This document shows positions 53,591 through 63,439 of a stretch of 64,000 nt of DNA, in pieces (position 1 is the stretch's first letter; every line of letters starts with the position of its first letter). This stretch comes from Squalus acanthias (Eukaryota). The translations under genes and the position numbers were made by a program. Location: assembly GCA_030390025.1 (NCBI GenBank), contig CM059431.1, positions 147,252,001 through 147,316,000 of the forward strand, given 5' to 3'. The notes beneath the pieces are model-generated. The model did not search any database, was not told the DNA's origin, and was given only the letters and a program-made list of their open reading frames with translations.

Positions 53591-54079
53591 CAGTCACTAT
53601 AGGTTCATTCAACACCAACAACCTCATTGGTTGATCGCAAGGCCGGTAGAGCAATGATCTGATTGGTTGAACCCCAGGCTGGGAGATGGATGTTCTGATT
53701 GTTTGATCCCAAGGCTGGTAGAGGGATCTCCTGATGGGTTACTGGCCCAGCTGGGAGACGGAGGTGGACAATCCGCAGGAGATCCCGCCCATCTCTGCAA
53801 GGTCCTGAGGAACGAAAGGGATCAGAAACCACTTTGTGGATTCCAGTGGTTCTGGATCCATTCTGGAACAGGATGGAAGTATTGAACCTGCCCTGCTGCC
53901 ACTCGCAAAGCCTCTCCTCCGGATCGTCACTCTCTCACTCATCCTCCAATAGCCACAGGTCCTCCACGGTCACATGTACAACCGTGGAAAGCAAGAGCGT
54001 ACAGTCAGCCCAAAAACGGTTCAAGTCACCTCGCCCCCGACTGGCCAATCAGTCAAACTCACTAGTAGGAGCAGGATAA

Positions 54080-54350
54080 TTGGTCAGTGCAGAGGGAGCT
54101 TCACTCTGTATCTAACCCGTGTTGTACCTGCCCTGGGAGTGTTTGATGGGACAGTATGGAGGGAGCTTTACTCTGTAACTAACCCATACTGTACCTGCCC
54201 TGGGAGTGTTTGATGGGACAGTGTAGACGGAGCTTTACTCTGTATCTAACCCGTGCTGTACCTGCCTTGGGAGTGGTTGATGGGACAGTGTAGAGGGAGC
54301 TTTACTCTGTATCTAACCCGTGCTGTACCTGCCCTGGGAGTGTTTGATGG
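54080..54350. repeat. About four 67-bp satellite units in an intron
   Basis: Same unit as 38076-44483. Confidence 0.9.
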
Positions 54351-55559
54351 GGCAGCGACGCCCCCACAGTAACCCAGCGCCAGGGTCCGTGCGAGCGTGG
54401 GACCAGGTGAGGACGGGAATGGAGTTCCACCGCGATGCACGCCACTTGCGAATATCCCTCCGACACTGACAGCCTAGGGCTCGGGGCGGGAGGAGGGCGA
54501 GGTGAGATACCAGGGGCGTATAATCCCAGGAGTCCTCTCCCTCCAAGACTCCCTCCCCCTCCCCCAGAACGGGTAACGCTCTCGTACGATCCTTACCCTG
54601 CTGTGCTGTGGGTCCGGATAATCCCGCAGCTGTCCGTGGAAGGCCTGGCGCACGGCCTGTTTCAGCTCCCGCGGGTAGACGTAGGTCGGCCACGGGCAGC
54701 GCTGGAGTCCGAGCCCAGCTTTCCACTGCTCGGGAAAGAGAGATGTGGGGTTAACGGAGATCTGCGGATCGAGGGTTAGTGACTGAAGACCGTTAGTGTC
54801 GCGGGGAGTCGGGGGGAAGGTTTGTGGTCAGGGAAGGGTTCAGAGGTCGGGGGTAATGTTTGGGGGTTGAAGAAAGGTTTGGAGGTCAGGGGAAGGTATA
54901 GGGTCAGGGGTCAAGGGAAAGGTTTAGGGGTCAGGGGTCAGGCAAAGTTTTGGGGGTCAGGGGTCGGGGAAAGATTTTGGGGTCGGTGAGAAAGGTTTGC
55001 GGGTCCGGGGAAATTTCGGGGAAAGATTTAGGGGATGGGGAAAGGTTTGGGGGTCAGGGCTCATGGAAAGATTTAGGGGTCAGGGGTCGGGGAAAGATTT
55101 GGTGGTCAGGAGTCGGGGAACGGTTTCGTGGTCAGGTGTCGGAACAGTTTGGGGGTCGGGGGCAGGTTTGGGGGTCAGGGGTCAGGGAACGGTTTGGGGG
55201 TTGGGGAACAGTTTGGGGGTCGGGGAACGGTTTGGGGGTCAGGGAACGATTTGGGGGTTGGGGAACAGTTTGGGGGTTGGGGAACAGTTTGGGGGTTGGG
55301 GTTCGGGAGAACGGTTTGGGGGTTAGGGGTTGGGGTTCGGGGGAACGGTTTGGGGGTCAGGGGTCAGGATTCAGGGGGTCAGGCTATGGGAGGGGCTGTC
55401 GGAGAATCCCCGGCGAGTTGCCCTACCAGTCTCCGTCCGATCAGTCGATACGCCTCGTGTCTCCGGCTCCGGTTCCATCTCTTGCGGGTGGCGGTCTCCA
55501 GGATGCGGGCGATCCAGAGCGGGAGGCTACGGGAAGAGGAGGAAGATGGGCTCGCGTTA

Positions 55560-56040
55560 GACAAGGGAGGGAATAGAGAGATAGAAAGAGAGAGGGGATA
55601 GAGAGAGAGATAGAGAGAGGGATAGAGAGATAGAAGGAGAGAGATAGAGAGATAGAAAGAGAGAGGGATAGAGAGAGCAATAGAAAGGGATAGAGAGATA
55701 GAAAGAGAGAGGGATAGAGAGAGCAATAGAAAGGGATAGAGAGAGAGATAGAATGGGAGAGACAGATAGAATGGGAGAGAGAGATAGAATGGGAGAGAGA
55801 GATAGTTCGGGAGGGGTGGAGAGAGAGGAATAGAGAGAGATATGATGCGGAGATGCCGGTGTTGGACTGGGGTGGACAAAATTGAGAAGTCGCACAACAC
55901 CAGGTTATAGTCCAACAGTTTTATTTGAAATCACAAGCTTTCGGAGTTACTGCTCCTTCGTCGGGTGAAAGCAGTAACTCCGAAAGCTTGTGATTTCAAA
56001 TAAAACTGTTGGACTATAACCTGGTGTTGTGCGACTTCTC

Positions 56041-56074
<34 letters not shown>

Positions 56075-57735
56075 TAGAATGGGAGAGAGAGATAGAATGG
56101 GAGAGAGAAATAGTTCGGGAGAGAGAGATAGAACGGGAGAGAGGGATAGAGAGAAGGATAGAGAGAGAGGATAGAGAGAGAGATAAAACGGTAGAGAGAG
56201 ATAGAGAGATAGAAAGTGAGAGGGGACAGAAAGGGATAGAGAGACATAAAAAGGGATAGAGAGAGATAGAAATCGATAGAAAGAGAGATAGAAAGGGAGA
56301 GAGAAAGAAAGAGAGACAGGGATAGAAAGAGATATAGAGACAGAGGGATAGAAAGGGAGAGATAAAAAGTGAGAGATAGAAAGAGCTAGAAAAGGAAAGT
56401 GATAGAGAGGGATAGAGAGAGAGATAGAAAGACGCAGACAGAGACAGAGACATCGGGCGGGATAGAGAGAGAAAGCGAGAGAGATTGAAAAGGAGAGAGA
56501 TAGAGAGGAATAGAGAGAGTGGATAAAGAGAGAGATAGAATGGAGGGAGCGGGAAATCTCTCCACACCTCACCCCTGCTCTGTCTCTCTCCCTTTATCCC
56601 CTGCTCTCTTCCCTGACTCTCACCCACTCTCTCTCCTCTTCCCTCCCCCTCACTCTCTCCTTCCTCTCTCCCTCCCTCCTTTTCCTCTCCCCTCTTTCTC
56701 CCGCTCCCCTTTTCCTCTCCCTATCTCTCCCCCTCCCTATCACTCCCCCTCTCTATCACTCCCCTTCTCTCTCCCTCTCTCGTTCCCTCTCTCCGCCTCT
56801 CTTTCTCCCCCTCTCTCTCTCTCTCCCCCTCTCGTTCTCTCTCCCTTTTTCTCTACCCCGCTCTCATTCCGTTTCTCTCCCCGTCTCCCTCCCTTCTCTC
56901 GTTCTCTTTCTCCCACTCTCTCTATCCCCGTCTCTCCCCCCTCTCATTCTCTCTCTCTCCCTCTCCCACTCTCTCTCTTTCTCTACACCTGTCATTCCTT
57001 CTCTCTCCCCCTCTCCGACCCTCTCTCGTTCCCTCTCTCCCCACTCTCTCACTCTATTCCCCCCTCTCTCTCCCCCTCTCCTGTTCTCTCTCTCCCTCTC
57101 TCGTTCTCTCTCTCTACCTCTGTCTCTCCCTATCACCCTCTCCTTCTCTCTCCCTCTCTCTTTCCCTCTCTCTCCCCCTCTCCCGCTCCCCACTATCTCC
57201 CCTCTCCCGCTCCCCACTATCTCCCCTCTCCCCTTCTCACTCCTTTCCCTCTCTCATTCTCTCTCTCCCCACTCTCTCTCTACCCCGATCTCATTCCCTT
57301 TTTCTCCCCCTCTCCCTCTCCCCGCTCTCTACCAACCCACCTCCCTCCCCCTCTCATTCTTTCTCTCCTTCTCTCTCCCTCTCTCTCTCTCTCTCTCTCC
57401 CCCTCTCTCTCTCTCCCCTCTCTCATTCTCTCCCTCCCCTTACTCATTCTCTCCCTCCCCTCTCTCGTTCTCTCTCTCCCCTCTCTCTCTCTCTATCCCC
57501 CTCTCGTTCGGACGCTCCCCTCTCTCGTTCTCTCCCTCCCCTCTCTCGTTCTCCCTCTCCCCTCTCTCGCTCTCTCTATCCTCCTCTCATTCTCCCTCAC
57601 TGTCTCGGTCTCTCTCCCTCCCCTCTCTCGTTCTCCCTCTCCCCTCTCTCGTTCTCTCTATCCACCTCTCATTCTCCCTCACTCTCTCGTTCCCTCTCTC
57701 ACCCCCATTCTCCACACTCCTCCTCTCTGTGAACC
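55560..57735. repeat. Low-complexity (GA)-rich tract followed by a (CT)-rich tract
   Basis: Purine-rich from 55560 to 56550 and pyrimidine-rich from 56555 to 57735. Confidence 0.95.
55846..56040. mobile_element. Inverted pair of Penelope terminal-repeat fragments
   Basis: 71-bp arms at 55884-55954 and 55970-56040 are reverse complements; the sequence matches the ends at 39210-39270 and 47025-47080. Confidence 0.85.
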
Positions 57736-57840
57736 TCCATAATCTACTTTCCAGCCCCACCCCCATTGCTGACATCACCCCACCATGGCCCCGCCCACCT
57801 GCTTCTCTTTAAGGCACAGTTCACTCCTCCCAGATAGAAA

Positions 57841-58498
57841 TGAGAAGTCGCACAACACCAGGTTATAGTCCAACAGATTTATTTAAAATTACAAGCTTTC
57901 GGAGCTGTCGCTCCTTCTTCAGGTAGGGTAGCTGTGAGAGAATCTCCCAGAATTCACAATATAAACACAGAAAAAATGTATTCAAATCTTTCCCTACATC
58001 AAAGACACACTAAGAGCACAGCCAAGACAATGAGATGTGTCCCAGGGGGTCCAACGTGTCAAAACACCTGCTGGCCGCATATCCTCTCCATTTGGGTTTG
58101 GTTCTTGTGTTAGTTTTTTTTAAAAACCTGGAAAGACCGGCCATGATGTCAAGTCACGTTCTGTATCGTGACATGAACCCGATATCGCGATTGAGGCCAT
58201 CCTCATGAGTGCGGAACTTGGCTATCAGTTTCTGCTCTATGATTTTGCGCTGTCGTGTATCCCGAAGGCCGCCTTGGAGAACGCTTACCCGCAGATCCGA
58301 GGCTGAATGCCCCTGACTGCTGAAGTGTTCCCCGACTGGGAGGCAACCCTCCTGCCTGGCGATTGTTGCGCGGTGTCCGTTCATACGTTGTCTCAGTGTC
58401 TGCATGGTCTCGCCGATGTACCATGCTCTGGGGCATCCTTTACTGCAACGTATCAGGTAGACAACGTTGGCCGAGTCACATGAGTATGTACCATGTAC
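57841..58498 (-). mobile_element. 5'-truncated Penelope-like element (GIY-YIG C-terminal part plus terminal repeat with hammerhead)
   Basis: MQTLRQRMNGH…PVGEHF…EQKLIAKF…GLN; same family as 46051-47084; TSD CCCAGATAGA. Confidence 0.9.
57890..57925 (-). ncRNA. Minimal hammerhead ribozyme motif with intact core
   Basis: Minus strand TAC-CTGAAGA-A-GGAGC(GACA)GCTCC-GAAA-GC-TT-GTA. Confidence 0.65.
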
Positions 58499-58639
58499 CC
58501 CAGATAGAGGCAGCAGTTTGGCTCGTTGACGAGTCGCTCCGGCCTCCCGACACTGTCATTACTTCGAGTCTCTGCATTTTATCTCTTTTCAGTTCTGAAA
58601 GGGGCCCTGTCGCCTCCGAGATTTGGCGAGCAGGAATTT

Positions 58640-61012
58640 CCCCCTCAAAGTATGGCAGTGTTGTCACGATTCTTGTCTGACGTCCAGTCCTGGGTGAGCA
58701 GATATTCCCTGCATCTAAATATTGGGAAGATTGAAGACATCGTCTTCGGTCCCCGCCACAAACTCCCTTCCCTAGCCTCCGACTCCATCCCTCTCTCTGG
58801 CCACTGACTGGCTCTGTAACCTCCTCCAGTCCCCACAACCCTCCCTATCTCTGTAACCTCCTCCAGCCCCTACAACCCTCCCTATCTCTGTAACCTCCTC
58901 CAGCCCCCACAACCCTCCCTATCTCTGTAACCTCCTCCACCCCTCTATATCTCTGTAACTTCCTCCAGCCCTACAACCCTCCCTATCTCTGTAACCTCCT
59001 CCAACCCTACAAACCTCCCTATCTTTGTAACCTCCTCCAGCCCTACAACCCTCCCTATCTCTGTAACCACCTCCAAGCCTGCAAACGTCCCTATCTCTGT
59101 AACCTTCTCCTGCCTCCCTATCTCTGTAGCCTCCTCCAGCCCTACAACCCTCCCTATCTCTGTAACCTCCTCCAGCTCCTAAAACTCTTCCTATCTCTGT
59201 AACCTCCTCCAGCCCCAACAACCCTCCCGATCTCTGTAACCTCCTCCAACCCTACAAACCTCCCTATCTCTGTAACCTTCTCCAACCTTCCCTATCTCTC
59301 TAACCTCCTCCAGCCCTACAACCCTCCCTATCTGTGTAACCACCTCCAGCCCTACAACCCTCCCTATCTCTGTAACTTTCTCCAGCCCTAGAACCCTCCC
59401 TATCTCTGTAACTTCCTCCAGCCCCACAACCCTCCCAATCTCTGTAACTTCCTTCAGGCCCTACAACCCTCCCTATCTCTGTAACTTCCTTCAGGCCCTA
59501 CAACCCTCCCTATCTCTGTAACCTCCTCCAACCCTACAAACCTCCCTATCTCTGTAACCTTCTCCAGCCTCCCTATCTCTGTACCCTCCTTCAGCCCCGA
59601 CAACTCTCCCTATCTCTGTAACCTCCTCCAGCCCCTACAACCCTCCCTATCTCTGTAACTCCCTCCAGCCCCTACAACCCTCCCTATCTCTGTAAGCTCC
59701 TCCAGCCCTAAAACCCTTCCTTTCTCTGTAACCTCCTCCAGCCCCTACAACTCTTCATATCTCTGAAACCTCCTCCAGCCCCTACAACCCTCCCTATCGC
59801 TGTAACCTCCTCCAGCCCTACAACCCTCCCTATCTCTGAAACCTCCTCCAGACCCCTACAACCCTCCCTATCTCAGTAACCTCCTCCAGCCCCTACAACC
59901 CTCCCTATCTCTAACCTCCTCCAGCCCTACAACCCTCCCTATCGCTGTAACCTCCTCCGGCCCTACAACCCTCCCTATCTCTGTAACCTCCTCCAGCCCC
60001 GACAACCCTCCCTATCTCTGTAACCTCCTCCCGGCCCTAAAACCCTCCCTATCTCTGTACCCTCCTTCAGCCCCGACAACACTCCCTATCTCTAACCTCC
60101 TTCAGCCCCTACAACACTCCCTATCTCTGTAACCACCTCCAGCCCTACAACCCTCCCTATCTCTGTAACCTCCTCCAGCCCCTACAACCCTCCCTATCTC
60201 TGTAACCTCCTCCAGCCCCAACAACCCTCCCTATCTCTGTAACCTCCTCCAGCCCCTACAACCCTCCCTATCTCTGTAACTTCCTCCAGCCCCTACAACC
60301 CTCCCTATCTCTGTACCCTCCTTCAGTCCCGACAACACTCCCTATCTCTGTAACCACCTCCAGCCCTACAACCCTCCCTATCTCTGTAACCTCCTCCAGC
60401 CCCTACAACCCTCCCTATCTCTGTAACCTCCTCCAGCCCCAACAACCCTCCCTATCTCTGTAACCTCCTCCAGCCCCTACAACCCTCCCTATCTCTGTAA
60501 CCTCCTCCAGCCCCTACAACCCTCCCTATCTCTGTAACCCCCTCCAGCCCCTACAACCCTCCCTATCTCTGTAACCTCCTCCAGCCCCTATAACCCTCCC
60601 TATCTCTGTAACCTCCTCCAGCCCCTACAACCCTCCCTATCTCTGTAACCTCCTCCAGCCCCTACAACCCTCCCTATCTCTAACCTCTTCCACCCCTACA
60701 ACCCCCCGAGATATCTGCGCTCCTCCAATTCTGGCATCCCCGAGTATAATCGCTCCACCATTGGCGGCCGTGCCTTCAGCTGCCTGGGCCCCAAGTTCTG
60801 GAATTCCCTGCCTAAGCCTCTCAGCCTCTCTTTCCTCCTTTAAGACTCTCCTTAAAATCTACCTCTTTGACCAAGCATTTGGTCACCTGCCCTGATTTCT
60901 CCTTATGTGGCTTAGTGTCAAATTTTTCTCTAATAATACTTCTGTGAAGCGCCTTGGGACATTTTACTACGTTAAAGGCGCTATATAGATACAAGTTGTT
61001 GTTGTTGTTGTT
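58640..61012 (+). mobile_element. L2-like LINE fragment with an internally expanded 37-38-bp minisatellite (58812-60705)
   Basis: L2 RT-like LSDVQSWVSRYSLHLNIGKIE at 58670-58760; unit CCCTACAACCCTCCCTATCTCTGTAACCTCCTCCAGC(C); L2 3' end with a (GTT)n tail at about 60995-61012. Confidence 0.85.
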
Positions 61013-61197
61013 GATCAGGTGAGATAGTTGGAGTGTTGAGAGAGAACGTTTATTGAAATATTGCTCCACTGAATAAGGCAATAAGACAGGCAAAGGGTTT
61101 GGAAATTTACAGACAATGCTTTATATCAGCATTTTTCATTAAACATCCAAAGCATTGACAATCTTACAATCTTCACAGTGTGAAAAGATATATACAG

Positions 61198-61582
61198 CGA
61201 CACAGGAACAGGAGGAGGCCATTCAGCCCATCGAGTCTGTTACATAGGAACAGGAGGAGGCCATTCAGCCCCTCGAGCCTGTTACACAGGAACAGGAGGA
61301 GGCCATTCAGCCCCTCGAGCCTGTTACACAGGAACAGGAGGAGGCCATTCAGCCCCTCGAGTCTGTTACACAGGAACAGGAGGAGGCCATTCAGCCCCTC
61401 GAGCCCGTTACACAGGAACAGGAGGAGGCCATTCAGCCCCCTCGAGTCTGTTACACAGGAACAGGAGGAGGCCATTCAGCCCCTTGAGCCTGTTACACAG
61501 GAACAGGAGGAGGCCATTCAGCCCCTCGAGCCTGTTACACAGGAACAGGAGGAGGCCAATCAGCCCCTCGATCCTGTTACAT
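61198..61582. repeat. 42-bp tandem repeat (about 9 units) derived from a CR1 3' end
   Basis: GTTACACAGGAACAGGAGGAGGCCATTCAGCCCCTCGAGCCT resembles 6328-6366 AACAGGAGCAGGAGTAGGCCAACTGGCCCCTCGAGCCT. Confidence 0.85.
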
Positions 61583-62449
61583 TGTGTTGTCCTAAACCTA
61601 CTTTTGTTTGTTCACTTGACTAATAACGAATTCAGTCTTCTGGTTATAAACATTTTATTCATTAACTTCTGTATAAAAAACTATTTACGAAGTGGAGTAT
61701 TGTCACAGATAGAGCACGCGGACCTAGGCATGGGGCCCTTTCGTGCTGCTTGAACAAACTTACATTTATACACTTCATTTACTTAAAAATCAGCAATAGA
61801 TTGCAGCCAAGCATCCGTTGCGTATAACAATTGCTGATTATACTTTAGCAGACACAGGGCTATCCCTTTACTTTAAGCTCAGGCGACAATAAGCAAAACA
61901 CCGCACATGTACTAACACCAGCGATTGGTCAATTTGGCGATGACTAGACGTCTGATTTCAGACAACTGACCAGGTTGCAGTTGGGGAGAGACTGGGGGCT
62001 GGGGGGGGGGGGGGGGGTTGGGGAGGAGAGAGGAGTCAGGGGGAGAAGTATGAAGGGTGTCGGGGGTTGAGGGTTGGGGGTTTTGTGGTTGGGGGTGGTT
62101 TGGAGGAGCCGGGGGCTGACGGGTTAGAGTGGGTGAGGTGTTAGAGAGGGAGAGGGGCTAGGTGGGGTTGAGGGGTGAGGGGTGAGGGGCTAGGTGGGGT
62201 TGAGGTGTGAGGGGCTAGGTGGGGTTGAGGGGGTGAGGGGTGAGGTGTGAGGGGCTAGGTGGGGGTGAGGGTCTAGGTGGGGTTGAGGGGTGAGGGGTGA
62301 GGGTCTAGGTGGGGTTGAGGGGTGAGGGGTGAGGGGCTAGGTGGGGGTGAGGGTCTAGGTGGGGTTGAGGGGTGGGGTGTGAGGGTTTGGAGTTTGGGGA
62401 GGTGGGATTCAGGAGGATTTACAGTCGAAGTGCCAAATGAGAAACACAA

Positions 62450-63283
62450 CTATCCCCAGAGAAAGACTGAGGTTCCAAAAGCAGTCAGAACCCAGACCCA
62501 GCAGGCGATTTTGGTGGATGTGGTGCCAGAAACGATCTTGAGACCGGAACCGTCTGACAGCAGCTCCACCTTCACTCTCACTGCCTTGTAGCCTGTCGAG
62601 TTGAGGGTGTATCTGTTGCCTCCTGAGGACTCTGTGATGTTGAACTTCTCATAAAGCGGGATCAAAATCTCCTGTTGCGACGGATTGTCTGAGAACCTTT
62701 GGAGGTCGACACTGTACGATGGGCTTATTTTAAAGACAGTGCCGTTCCCAAACTTATCAAACTCCTCAGCCACCTTCTTATTGATGGAAGTGGAGGCAAA
62801 TATTCCGAACCTCATCTCTGTTCCTAGTGTCCCAGTGATATTACTCTTTGTCCCCTAATACACCGGCCCAATGGAACTGTTTCTCAACACTTCCAGGGCG
62901 ACAGATAGAAGGTAGTGAAAGCTCTTCAGTTTAAAGCAGGCATTGTATGTGGTGAGTGTCACCGCCATAGCTTCGAACCTCATTGTTAAATCTGCTGTAC
63001 CAATCTCCACCAATGGTGTAGGCGGTCAGGGCGATGACATGCTCCTCTCGGAGACCATCAGGCACTGTGAGATTCTTCTGTTTCCAACTGGTGGTGGCCT
63101 GTTCCCAGGTAGTGTTGAACTCCGGGTCACTCCCCAGGTATTTTATCGCCAATTCATCGGACGCGTCGCTCCGCGAGAAGTTATAGGCGGCAGAATTTAC
63201 TTCCATGTTCATCTTTGTGCTTGCAGCTTGAATCTGACAATCTATACCCTCGCCATTCACTGGTAAACTGGCCAGACTCATAC
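62450..63283 (-). pseudogene. Ecto-ADP-ribosyltransferase (ARTC/ART1-ART5 family) main exon, disabled
   Basis: EHVIALTAYT…YSRFNNEVR…FKLKSFHYLLSVALEVL…VY*G…MRFGIFASTS…FGNGTVFKI…FSDNPSQQEILIP, then a hydrophobic C-terminus. Frameshift near 62958 and TAG at 62855-62857. Acceptor AG at 63284-63285. Confidence 0.88.
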
Positions 63284-63439
63284 CTGCCAATCAGAAAGAC
63301 AGCAATCATTTTACATAGCGCCTTTTCGACCTCAGGATGTGCCACAACGCTTCACTCCCCTCTGCTATTCTTCCAAAAGTGGCCGTGGGATCTTTTAGGT
63401 CGACCTGAGAGGGCAGACAGGGCCTCGGATTAACGTCTC

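Larger units (their letters stand above)
53935..58594 (-). pseudogene. Disrupted 4-exon gene for a small Cys-containing protein (possibly P2X7 C-terminal/ballast-like)
   Basis: Exons 58594-58509 + 57838-57799 (split by a Penelope insertion), 55526-55427, 54728-54597 and 53982-53935. They join in phase as …GRPERLVNEPNCCLYLGGVNCALKRSSLPLWIARILETATRKRWNRSRRHEAYRLIGRRLQWKAGLGLQRCPWPTYVYPRELKQAVRQAFHGQLRDYPDPQHSRVVHVTVEDLWLLEDE*. Confidence 0.7.

Noticed and set aside
53605..53832. 75-aa minus-strand ORF with LPA(L/W)GSxNQ repeats
   Set aside because: It lies in frame but downstream of the TGA at 53935-53937, so it is most simply 3' UTR with a short repeat. I cannot exclude that the TGA is premature.
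54950..57778. Long Gly-rich, Ser/Leu/Pro-rich and Arg/Glu-rich ORFs (up to 407 aa)
   Set aside because: They are translations of G-rich and GA/CT low-complexity tracts. Only 55427-55526 has splice signals and coding character.
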